Of a stretch of 64,000 nucleotides of DNA, positions 54,714-62,491 are shown in pieces. Both the position numbers and the translations under genes were made by a program. Numbering within the stretch: the stretch's first letter is position 1; every line of letters starts with the position of its first letter. The notes beneath the pieces were generated by a model. It worked only from the letters and a program-made list of their open reading frames with translations, searched no databases and was not told the origin of the DNA. The stretch is from positions 31,064 through 95,063 of the IMG/VR virus record IMGVR_UViG_3300009166_000001; one strand, written 5' to 3'. Origin of the DNA: a virus.

Positions 54714-55027
54714 CTGGACTCCTTCGATGGAAGGTTCGCCTCGATCATCTCGACCCACTGGCGCAGATCGTCTGCCAGCTTCGGATTCCTGGCCTCGATC
54801 TGAATCGCATAGGCTTCCAGCGCACGCCTCGAAGCGTTGCCGTAGTCATCGTTCTTGTCGGGTGAGAGGACGAACTTGTGCGTGTTCACGGGCCTGCCCT
54901 TGAACTTTCGACCTTCCCCCTCACGGTCAATGACCATGATCGTCATCACGGACGGATCGTCTACGCCTTCTTCGGCACGACGAAAGATGAGGTACTTGTC
55001 TAGCAGTCCTTCCTTGTCGTGTTCCAT
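54710..55027 (-). CDS. Hypothetical protein
   Basis: 105 aa; GLLDKY...FVLSPDKND...ALEAYA...PKLADDL. Confidence 0.7.
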   Translation of the reverse strand: MEHDKEGLLDKYLIFRRAEEGVDDPSVMTIMVIDREGEGRKFKGRPVNTHKFVLSPDKNDDYGNASRRALEAYAIQIEARNPKLADDLRQWVEMIEANLPSKESR

Positions 55028-55035
55028 GGCCCCTC

Positions 55036-55063
55036 ACCCTAACATGCCTGTTGTCTTTGTCAA
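55036..55063 (-). promoter_or_regulatory. Sigma70-type promoter upstream of the endolysin-containing unit
   Basis: TTGACA-16bp(ending TGT)-TAGGGT, ATG 8 nt downstream. Confidence 0.7.
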
Positions 55064-55070
55064 GCCAGTC

Positions 55071-55322
55071 TCATGTTCCATAAAAAAGAAACATGCTCTT
55101 GATATCGGAGAACATCCTGTCGAATGCAGCGTCCCCTATCGACTTCCTCCGAAGTCCATGTCTACGCAACCAACCTCTCCATCCAGTTGTTTCCGTTTCG
55201 ACGTACCATGCCTTCTTGGTCTCGACTGATTTTGAAATTCTTTCCCACAGTATACCTGCCCGTTCAGCCCTTACCTTCTGACAACAGGGCTCATGGCACA
55301 CATCGCTGGACAAGTAGCCCAT
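55071..55322 (-). CDS. Hypothetical protein
   Basis: Start moved to ATG 55322 (TGATG). Confidence 0.5.
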   Translation of the reverse strand: MGYLSSDVCHEPCCQKVRAERAGILWERISKSVETKKAWYVETETTGWRGWLRRHGLRRKSIGDAAFDRMFSDIKSMFLFYGT

Positions 55323-55627
55323 CAGTCGATGCCCCCACATGAATGCAGGCATTCCTCGCACCGCTTCTCTGTCACGTTGATCACTTCCCACAGGTGGTAG
55401 ACCGTCTCCTCATGGGCTTCTTCGGTCTGCTGCATCGTCTCGTGGATTATCACGATCTGATCTTGCTGCATTCGTACTTCCATTTTCAAAGCCTCCACGC
55501 GGTCTTCTAGGGTTGGTCCCTGTGGCTTGGAGCACAGATACCCGACAAACAATAGGAGCAGCACTGCAATGAGAGATATGACTACGACCTTCTCCCATTT
55601 CTCCGAGCCCGTAAACGGTAGTGTCAT
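55322..55627 (-). CDS. Membrane-anchored coiled-coil protein with C-terminal RCEECxxxCGG
   Basis: N-terminal TM; GGAGG RBS; start moved to 55627. Confidence 0.65.
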   Translation of the reverse strand: MTLPFTGSEKWEKVVVISLIAVLLLLFVGYLCSKPQGPTLEDRVEALKMEVRMQQDQIVIIHETMQQTEEAHEETVYHLWEVINVTEKRCEECLHSCGGID

Positions 55628-55881
55628 CACTGACCTCCACACTCTAGTCTGCACTCCTCGCACCTCAGCCACGCATTATCGGCTACTTCAGCTATCTCGT
55701 TGAGATAAATGATTGCCGACATGTTCTCCTGCTCTCTCAGCTTCTTCCCATCCTCTAATTCTATTCGAAGCTGCTCGATCTGCTCCTGCTGGCCACGCTC
55801 AAAGTAAAGCCCCACCACACCCATCAAAACAAATAGGCAGCCAATGAGTATTCCAAGTACTATCGTACTGTTCTTCATCAC
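55627..55881 (-). CDS. Membrane-anchored coiled-coil protein, paralogue with RCEECxxxCGG
   Basis: 84 aa, N-terminal TM. Confidence 0.65.
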   Translation of the reverse strand: MMKNSTIVLGILIGCLFVLMGVVGLYFERGQQEQIEQLRIELEDGKKLREQENMSAIIYLNEIAEVADNAWLRCEECRLECGGQ

Positions 55882-56078
55882 TTCCTCCTCAGAAGCTCTT
55901 GAACGGAGTACACGGCATCTTCGAGCCTTATCTGGCCCGCCGCATACGGAGTATCGCCTCTCGTCAGGCCACAGTCACCCGCATCCTCGTCAGCACGCCA
56001 CTCGTATCCAAGCTCCTTCAGTTTCCGGTTGATCGCTCCCAGGATCCCGGCAACATCCTTGTCGGGTAGATCCATCAC
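55878..56078 (-). CDS. Hypothetical protein
   Basis: 66 aa, coupled. Confidence 0.55.
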   Translation of the reverse strand: MMDLPDKDVAGILGAINRKLKELGYEWRADEDAGDCGLTRGDTPYAAGQIRLEDAVYSVQELLRRK

Positions 56079-56242
56079 TTCCTCTCTTTCTGAAGCCTTT
56101 TCAGTTCACGTCCTAGTCGAACATGAACTGCCTCTAGGACTCGCTGCCTCGTTCCAAGGTTGTAGAACAGGTTTCCCCACTCGATGATAGCCATCGCCAT
56201 CTTCTTCCCGGCCCCCTTCCCCCTCTCCTTACCACTCTTCAC
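56075..56242 (-). CDS. Small basic hypothetical protein
   Basis: Start moved to GTG 56242 (GTGA overlap, AGGAGG RBS). Confidence 0.5.
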   Translation of the reverse strand: MKSGKERGKGAGKKMAMAIIEWGNLFYNLGTRQRVLEAVHVRLGRELKRLQKERK

Positions 56243-56412
56243 TCGTCCTCCTTCAGCAGAGAGACGATTTCCGCTCGTTCTTCTTCTGTTGTCTTTCCCC
56301 ACAGCAGGTCCGCTTCCGTGATCAGGTCCTTCTCCTCTTCGGCCTTGAATGTACCCAAGGAACGCAAGGCCAGAATCTTGCGAGTCAGTTCCAGATACTT
56401 GGCAGCACTCAT
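56239..56412 (-). CDS. Small helical protein; not in the ORF track
   Basis: ATGA overlap, AAGGAGG RBS; MSAAKYLELTRKILAL...LLKEDE (57 aa). Confidence 0.55.
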   Translation of the reverse strand: MSAAKYLELTRKILALRSLGTFKAEEEKDLITEADLLWGKTTEEERAEIVSLLKEDE

Positions 56413-56987
56413 TCGTCCTCCTTGATCTGCTCGGCTTCACTCAGGTCTGACGGAGCCGGGTAGGTCATTCGAAGGTTGATCACGGGAACCCCTGTACTGG
56501 CATCCAGGCCGGTCAGGTCCTTCAGCTTGGCAACCTCTTCTGGCGAGGCATTGCACCACGCATCAGGCGACAGTCCGTTCGCCTTCAGCCTGTACTTCAA
56601 CTGCTTCATATTGCCCTCGTTCGTGACGAGTTTCGCCATTCGCATGTTGAAGAGGCAGTCCTTGTCTGACCGCTCCAGCAGGTACTCGCAGTCCTTGTAA
56701 TTCGTCCAGCACCACGCCCCCGCCTTCTCTGCTTCCTTCCGCTCGAACGCATCCAGCCAGAAGGCTTCCCGATCCTCGATCTGCTTCTTCAGGCGCTCGA
56801 TCTCCTCGTCCTTCCGGGCAAGCAGGCCCTTCCGAAGCTCGATCTCCTGCGAGAGATCGTCCTGGCACAACTCCAGGGCGACCGTTCCAGTCTCCCCACC
56901 AACGTCCCTCGACATCAGCAGAGCGATTAGGATTGCCGCCAGAAGAAGCGCCACGGTTCCCACCATGATCCACTTGGGCTTCAGCAT
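56409..56987 (-). CDS. Membrane-anchored coiled-coil protein with several Cys
   Basis: 192 aa; N-terminal TM then heptad repeats. Confidence 0.7.
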   Translation of the reverse strand: MLKPKWIMVGTVALLLAAILIALLMSRDVGGETGTVALELCQDDLSQEIELRKGLLARKDEEIERLKKQIEDREAFWLDAFERKEAEKAGAWCWTNYKDCEYLLERSDKDCLFNMRMAKLVTNEGNMKQLKYRLKANGLSPDAWCNASPEEVAKLKDLTGLDASTGVPVINLRMTYPAPSDLSEAEQIKEDE

Positions 56988-57181
56988 GACGGCAGCCCCT
57001 TCAGCTTCTCAGCCTTCCTGGCCCTCTTTCCCTCCGCAGCCTTCCTGATCTGGTCCTGGATCGACATTCGGGTAGTGGCCTTGTTCTTCAGGAGAGCAGC
57101 CTGCCTCCGCAGCTTCTCCATGACCATCGCCTTGTACTGCTCCAACGTGAGCTTGACGGTGCCTTCGGAGTTCTCGATCAC
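56981..57181 (-). CDS. Small basic hypothetical protein
   Basis: Start moved to GTG 57181. Confidence 0.5.
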   Translation of the reverse strand: MIENSEGTVKLTLEQYKAMVMEKLRRQAALLKNKATTRMSIQDQIRKAAEGKRARKAEKLKGLPSC

Positions 57182-58368
57182 TGCTCCGTCTGGATCTTGC
57201 ACACCAGCTTCCCCTTGAACCCCTTCACGCACTTCAGCTTCGCCGGATCCCCCGGCTCGTTCTGTAGAGTCCACTTCTCGTTCTCCTCTTCTGTAGGCAC
57301 TTGGTTTTTCATTTCCGGCCACAGGTGGCACGCACAATGATCCTTCTTGCCGGGATATCCCCAGATATCAGCAGGGCGTTCCGGCAGCACCGGGTCCCCC
57401 CATGGCATCTGACCGTCCGGAAACAGAGGCTCGATGACCTTCCTGGCCCCTTCTGGTCTAGCGATCCGAAACGCCGTCCGTCCAGGGCGGTAGAGCCCTA
57501 GACCGGCCTTCCAGAGTGCATCCCACGGGCCGTTCTTGTCGTAGACCTCGGCATACTGCTCCAGGTCCTTCCACGCCTCATGGGACATCCCGATCTTCCC
57601 AAGCCCCTCGTCTAGCCCCAGCTTCGAGATCGCCATCTTGGCATCCGTCGCCTTCTTCCACTTGGAATGGAGCCCCCGTAGATGGTTGCGGATCGCGTTG
57701 TACGGATGCTTCCCGGACAGGGCCTTCGACCACTTCAACAGGCGAATGATCTTCCCGTTCCCCGCTGCTCCAGACGCTCCTGCCAGCATCCACTGGTCCT
57801 GAATCGGGGCCTTGTCCAACCCCTTCACGTCTGCCCGAAGCTGGATCAACTGGTTATTCCTGGCGTAGCAGGTGGCCCAGATGTTCGCCTTCGGGTCACA
57901 CGGGTTCACGTCCAGGGCTATGGCGTGCTCCATGTCCACGGACGCCAATCCGCACTCGCTCGTCTTCTTGATATGGGCGTCGGGATCTCCCTCGCTCTCC
58001 GTCCTCACGGTCTGCGCGGCCCAGATGCCAGGAGTACCCCCACAGAACTCGTTGAACCACGCCTTGTACTTCATGTAGATGGCGTAGCTCTCCGTTCGGT
58101 GGTAGTCCCCACATCCCCCCTTGGACAAGCACCAGGACTCCCCCTTCTCTAGCCCCTCGATGATCGAGGGGCACCAGTCATCCTTGCACCCGTCCTTCCA
58201 CGGGGTAGGGGGTGGCTCCGCACCCCATACATTCCAGGACTCTACCGGCTGAACATCCGTCTCAGGCGAAGCCCACACGTCCAGGCACCATAGGAACCCT
58301 ACCAGCAAGGCCACGGTCAGGACTATCCATATCCCTGTCCAAGCCAGTACCTTCGTGACCTCCTTCAT
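57178..58368 (-). CDS. Membrane-anchored/exported divergent lytic transglycosylase (SLT-like)
   Basis: N-terminal TM; AAQTVRTESEGDPDA...CGLASV, DPKANIWATCY, LAGASGAAG align to SLT motifs; many Cys. Confidence 0.6.
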   Translation of the reverse strand: MKEVTKVLAWTGIWIVLTVALLVGFLWCLDVWASPETDVQPVESWNVWGAEPPPTPWKDGCKDDWCPSIIEGLEKGESWCLSKGGCGDYHRTESYAIYMKYKAWFNEFCGGTPGIWAAQTVRTESEGDPDAHIKKTSECGLASVDMEHAIALDVNPCDPKANIWATCYARNNQLIQLRADVKGLDKAPIQDQWMLAGASGAAGNGKIIRLLKWSKALSGKHPYNAIRNHLRGLHSKWKKATDAKMAISKLGLDEGLGKIGMSHEAWKDLEQYAEVYDKNGPWDALWKAGLGLYRPGRTAFRIARPEGARKVIEPLFPDGQMPWGDPVLPERPADIWGYPGKKDHCACHLWPEMKNQVPTEEENEKWTLQNEPGDPAKLKCVKGFKGKLVCKIQTEQ

Positions 58369-58397
58369 CCCTGTCTCCTGCCCCCGTTCCCGCATGA

Positions 58398-58425
58398 ACT
58401 ATAACAGTGGCGGGATTTTTGTCAA
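58398..58425 (-). promoter_or_regulatory. Early-type sigma70 promoter
   Basis: TTGACA-16bp-TATAGT. Confidence 0.85.
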
Positions 58426-58459
58426 GTTTCTCCCCACGGTCCATACTGGACACCGATCA

Positions 58460-58487
58460 ACCCTACACGACCCACCCCTCATGTCAA
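58460..58487 (-). promoter_or_regulatory. Second tandem promoter
   Basis: TTGACA-16bp-TAGGGT, 62 bp upstream of the previous one. Confidence 0.55.
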
Positions 58488-58489
58488 GG

Positions 58490-58852
58490 TTAGCGGCTCA
58501 GGATGATCTTCGGTTCCGGCGGTGGATTGGCCTTGCGCTCTAAATCTTGGATTTCGTTGGGAGTCACGATGGCCTTGCCCCCGAAGGGGTCCATCATGCC
58601 TGGAGTCACGATGAGGGGAAGTCCGTCTGGTCCCACCGACTTCCTCGGAACGAGGACCTGCGGAGGCATCGCCCGGACAGCCTTGACCTGCGGCTGGATG
58701 TTCTTCGGAGCCCCACAGCACCGTTTCCACTTCCGTCCGGAACCGCATGGGCATGGCTGATTCCGTCCGACCTTGGGGCCTGCCCGATGCGTCCTGAATA
58801 CCCCTAGCAGCTTCCGGGGAACTTCCTTCGCTCCCCCTGGCGGCCGCCTCAC
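58490..58852 (-). CDS. SEC-C metal-binding motif protein
   Basis: [21 protein letters not shown]. Confidence 0.85.
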   Translation of the reverse strand: MRRPPGGAKEVPRKLLGVFRTHRAGPKVGRNQPCPCGSGRKWKRCCGAPKNIQPQVKAVRAMPPQVLVPRKSVGPDGLPLIVTPGMMDPFGGKAIVTPNEIQDLERKANPPPEPKIILSR

Positions 58853-59235
58853 TCCGACACCTCCACCATCGTCCCCATCGCAATGGCCTCTGGATCCTTC
58901 ATGGCCCAGTTCGACAGCCAGAACGAGTAGGGGGCTCCCGTCTCAGCCCGTGGCTCCTGCGCCAGCTTGTCGAGCATCTGGAGCAGGGTCTCCCCCTCTA
59001 CCGGCCGCATGAAGATGATCGAGAACTCCGCATCCCCCGGATAGGAGATTGTGACCCTGGCAGGCGAGAAGTGCCGATGGATGGTCCGCAAGAAATCCTC
59101 TACCAGCGACACCTTCTTCTGCGGGTTCACCCTGCCGTCCGCAGAACGGTACTCCATCGGGTCCGGCTTGATCTTGACGTAGCCAACGCTGTTGTTCCCC
59201 AGCGCCTCGGCGTGCTGCTTACGGTTCGTCCACAC
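58849..59235 (-). CDS. Hypothetical protein
   Basis: Start moved to GTG 59235 (GAGGAGG RBS). Confidence 0.6.
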   Translation of the reverse strand: MWTNRKQHAEALGNNSVGYVKIKPDPMEYRSADGRVNPQKKVSLVEDFLRTIHRHFSPARVTISYPGDAEFSIIFMRPVEGETLLQMLDKLAQEPRAETGAPYSFWLSNWAMKDPEAIAMGTMVEVSE

Positions 59236-59530
59236 GACTCGTCCTCCTCTTCCTCGGCTTCTTCGCGGTATCCACGATCTTGAACTGCGGAGGTGACTGA
59301 ACACACTCCCGCAGCCGTGCCCCTACCCTGACTGCATGGGGGTAGTCCCCTGTTCCCACGATGGATTCCTTGGCAGTCCCCATCGACTTCTCGAATCGAC
59401 GGCATCTCGCCTTCCCTTCGGCTGGCAACCTCTCATGGAATGGGCAGATGAACGCTGCCGCGATCAGACACGCATGAGGATCCAACGGCAGGATGTCCGG
59501 TTGGTCGCCAGGGCGTTGTGGGTCTGCCAT
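59219..59530 (-). CDS. Hypothetical Cys-containing protein
   Basis: Start moved to ATG 59530 (GGAG RBS), after a hairpin leader. Confidence 0.55.
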   Translation of the reverse strand: MADPQRPGDQPDILPLDPHACLIAAAFICPFHERLPAEGKARCRRFEKSMGTAKESIVGTGDYPHAVRVGARLRECVQSPPQFKIVDTAKKPRKRRTSRVDEP

Positions 59531-59540
59531 GCTTCTCCAG

Positions 59541-59607
59541 AAAACCGGAAGGAGCAGCGGGAGGCTTGGTTGGGGGGGGACCATCCCCCCGCTGCTCAAC
59601 TTCCAGT
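59541..59607 (-). ncRNA. Long 5' hairpin with C8 loop (candidate sRNA or attenuator)
   Basis: ACUGGAAG/CUUCCGGU and GAGCAGCGGG/CCCGCUGCUC stems, C-rich loop, ends in UUUU; begins about 9 nt after the -10 box. Confidence 0.45.
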
Positions 59608-59616
59608 CGAGTCATA

Positions 59617-59644
59617 ACTATAAATGGCGACGTGTTTTTGTCAA
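59617..59644 (-). promoter_or_regulatory. Early-type sigma70 promoter
   Basis: TTGACA-16bp-TATAGT. Confidence 0.85.
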
Positions 59645-59652
59645 GGGGCTTG

Positions 59653-59666
59653 TGAAATTGATTGCA
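59653..59666. repeat. Dispersed 14-bp motif, copy 12 (variant TGAAATTGATTGCA)
   Basis: One mismatch; 8 bp upstream of -35. Confidence 0.8.
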
Positions 59667-59671
59667 AGGAG

Positions 59672-60727
59672 TCAGTTCGAGGAGGTGGTCTCGATGGTGG
59701 GCAGCTTCACGCGGGCGAGATCCGGGGCTACCATGAGGTTCCCGGCCAACCACTCCATCTCGACCCTACGGTCGCCTTCGAGGGTCTGGGCGGCCCTCGT
59801 GAGAGCGTTGACGAGTCCCCACTTGTTCGGCATCGGCTCGATCTGGTACGACGCCTTCACCGTGTCCCGAAGCTGGTTCGAGTACCGGGCCTTCTTGGCG
59901 ATCCTGTCCAGCACGTCCATCGGATCCTCTATCGCTGCCGACATCGCCATCTGGATCTGGTCCGCGAAGGTGTCGCCTTCCCGTACCGCCGCCGCTATCG
60001 CCTTCTTTAGCCCGTAGCGAAGCTGGGCGTGGTCCATGTAGATGTGCCGGTGGTCGAACGCCTCGTCATGGACGATCACCATGTCGTTCGTGCAGACCGC
60101 CCGGTAGATGAACGGCCCGCAAGACACGGAGCGATCCCCGATCTCGCTGTTGCCCAGGATCATCCCGACGAAGTAGCCCGATCCGTCCGGTCCCTGGAAC
60201 TTCAGATCCGGGAACGTCGCCTTGATCCAGATCCCGTTCTCGTCCATGTGGCTCGAACGGACTTCCGTGCGACCCTGGACGATCTCCACGATGTCGCTCA
60301 CCACGTCGAAGTCGTTCAGCCTGACGTACTTGTCGGACAGGACCGCCCGGATCTGCGTCCCGATGGTCCGGAGCAGGAGCCTCTGCCCGTGCTTGTCCAG
60401 GTCGTCCCTGACCACCCGATCCACGACGCCCCACGCCCTCTCCTCGATCTTGCGCTTCAGGTAGCGCGGCGGGATGTCCAACCGCCCGCACATCTGCGTG
60501 ATGGCCCTGTCGGAGAGGCCCAGCACCACGTCCCCCTCGCCCTGCCCGAAGGCGCGGGGAGCACTGCCGTTCTTGAAATCGCTCTTGAAGGGGATGACGG
60601 CCCGACTCGGGACGACGATCCGTCCCTCGTCCACCTTGATCTCCTCCGTGCGGACCAGGGCATCGCCCTTCGCCACGTCCTGCGTCCGGATGCTCTCCAG
60701 AACCTCGGTCCAGTTGATGTTCATCAT
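59672..60727 (-). CDS. DUF932/DUF945-family protein
   Basis: LLLRT...IRAVLSDKY..LND, NSEIG..S, IYRAVCTNDM, WGLVNALTRAAQ. Confidence 0.8.
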   Translation of the reverse strand: MMNINWTEVLESIRTQDVAKGDALVRTEEIKVDEGRIVVPSRAVIPFKSDFKNGSAPRAFGQGEGDVVLGLSDRAITQMCGRLDIPPRYLKRKIEERAWGVVDRVVRDDLDKHGQRLLLRTIGTQIRAVLSDKYVRLNDFDVVSDIVEIVQGRTEVRSSHMDENGIWIKATFPDLKFQGPDGSGYFVGMILGNSEIGDRSVSCGPFIYRAVCTNDMVIVHDEAFDHRHIYMDHAQLRYGLKKAIAAAVREGDTFADQIQMAMSAAIEDPMDVLDRIAKKARYSNQLRDTVKASYQIEPMPNKWGLVNALTRAAQTLEGDRRVEMEWLAGNLMVAPDLARVKLPTIETTSSN

Positions 60728-60767
60728 GGCTTCGTTCCTTTCCGGTGGGTCTCGACCACCTGCCATG

Positions 60768-60795
60768 AATATAACACGCCCCGGAACTTTGTCAA
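60768..60795 (-). promoter_or_regulatory. Early-type sigma70 promoter
   Basis: TTGACA-16bp-TATATT. Confidence 0.85.
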
Positions 60796-60856
60796 GGAAA
60801 AGTCACGTTAGCAATGTCGATTTGTCGGAATTACTTTCGGGCCTAAGTATCCAGAA

Positions 60857-61669
60857 TCAGGCAGTCGGCTTTTCGCCCCTGGCTTCCTTCCGTGCATCGT
60901 CCAGGACCGCCTGATAGACTTCCTGCCCGTAGACGACCACCTTGTCCGTGGTCCTCACCGCCATGATCAGGACACCGTACTGCCGTTCGAGCGTGGCCAG
61001 GAACTCCAGCGTGTCCTTCGCCACCGAATCCGCGTTCGTCGCCAGGAAGTTCGTGGCGATCAGGTCCAGGTTGTGCCCCTTCTTCTCGGACCCGCTCATC
61101 TTCCCCGCCATCTCCAGGGCCTCCGTGACGTTCGCCTTCTGGCTCTCCGTCAGCTTGAAGCTGATGGTCTTGTCCACTGCCTCGTCCCCGGACTTCTTCT
61201 TCTTGCCATCCCCCTCCCCCTCCTTCATCGCCAAGAGGTACTTCTTCGCGGCATCGGCAAGCTCGATGGCGTTCATGTTCCGCGCCTTCTCCAGCCACTC
61301 GTCAGCATTCTCATCGTTGATGATGCCAACCATCTCCTTCGCCTTCGCCCATCCAATCTCGGTCCAGATCGCATCGAGTACGTCCTGGCGCGTCACGTGC
61401 TCCGTGTACCAGCCCCAGATGTTCGTCAGGTACATGGCCTTGCGATAGCCGAAGCCGATGTCCTTCTCGACGTACTCCCCGAAGTCCTTGAAGCCCCACC
61501 TCACGTGGAGAGACTTCTGGTAGACCATGAACAAGAGCTTCGCCACTTCCCGGAAGCTGTTGTCCATCCTGGCCTTCACGTCCAAGATCATCCTCCGGAC
61601 ATCCCGGTCCAGATACTTCTGCCCGTCGATCTCGATGTGATCCGTTGTGACCAACCCTGCGTCGTTCAT
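60857..61669 (-). CDS. Putative DNA-binding protein (DUF3102-like HTH with RHH-like C-terminus)
   Basis: EVAKLL...GFKDFGEYVEKDIGFGYRKAMYL; TISFKLTESQKANVTEAL; start moved to 61669. Confidence 0.6.
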   Translation of the reverse strand: MNDAGLVTTDHIEIDGQKYLDRDVRRMILDVKARMDNSFREVAKLLFMVYQKSLHVRWGFKDFGEYVEKDIGFGYRKAMYLTNIWGWYTEHVTRQDVLDAIWTEIGWAKAKEMVGIINDENADEWLEKARNMNAIELADAAKKYLLAMKEGEGDGKKKKSGDEAVDKTISFKLTESQKANVTEALEMAGKMSGSEKKGHNLDLIATNFLATNADSVAKDTLEFLATLERQYGVLIMAVRTTDKVVVYGQEVYQAVLDDARKEARGEKPTA

Positions 61670-61968
61670 GCTTCTCTCCTCTCGGTGAACACGATCTCGT
61701 GGCACCGTACTTCACAGCCCAACATGCGATCCGGATTCATCATCTCGCCCACCACCACGACGTAGCACCCTTCCTGGAGCCTGTCATGGCACACGTCTAC
61801 CAGCCCTGGCACGTAGATGTTGACCCGAACAATGGTCCGCTTCTTCCGATCCTTCTTCTCGGAAATCAGCGTGAAGGAACAGAACTGAAACCCCTGATCT
61901 GTCTGCCCGAACTTGATGTCCGCCGTGACGTTCCCGCTCACCGCCACGGCATTAATACCGCGTGCCAT
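61666..61968 (-). CDS. ssb: Single-stranded DNA-binding protein, OB fold only
   Basis: MARGINAVAVSGNVTAD...LQEGCYVVVVGEM; no acidic tail. Confidence 0.8.
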   Translation of the reverse strand: MARGINAVAVSGNVTADIKFGQTDQGFQFCSFTLISEKKDRKKRTIVRVNIYVPGLVDVCHDRLQEGCYVVVVGEMMNPDRMLGCEVRCHEIVFTERREA

Positions 61969-62491
61969 GCACCCTCCGCACGTACTCGGCTAGGACCCAC
62001 GCATCCCGCTGGTTGTGATCCCCCAACGCCTCGATCCGCATGACCCCTTCCAGTTCGAGCTTCCGAATGATCTTCTCGATCTTCTTCTTGTCGGCCGCCC
62101 CGTCGTCCAGCACGATCTTTCGCGCCTTCTTGCACGGAACGACCATCGGAGCCTGACCCGTCAGAAAGTATACCTGGACCTTGACGACCCCATGCAATTC
62201 AGCCAAGGCCGCCCCACCGAACTTGGCACCGAAGGCATGGCCCTCCACGACTATCGTGTAGGGATGGGTTTCCTCGATGATGGTCTTGATCCCGGCAGCG
62301 AGATTTACCAGCCGATCCAACCGCTGCTTCTCCGTCGCCTTGCTCTCCAGATCGTACCCAAGGGTCTGCGCTCTGACGATCTCCCCGGCCCCCTTCTCCA
62401 GTACCACGATCCCTGTCCCCCGCAGGGACAGGTCCAGCCCCATGACCCGGTATGGATAGTCGTACCGGAAAAGCCCTACCTGCTCGCTCAT
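61952..62491 (-). CDS. ruvC: Holliday junction resolvase RuvC-like
   Basis: VMGLDLSLRGTG, IVVEG, LAELHGVV, GAADK, HNQRDAW. Confidence 0.9.
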   Translation of the reverse strand: MSEQVGLFRYDYPYRVMGLDLSLRGTGIVVLEKGAGEIVRAQTLGYDLESKATEKQRLDRLVNLAAGIKTIIEETHPYTIVVEGHAFGAKFGGAALAELHGVVKVQVYFLTGQAPMVVPCKKARKIVLDDGAADKKKIEKIIRKLELEGVMRIEALGDHNQRDAWVLAEYVRRVHGTRY

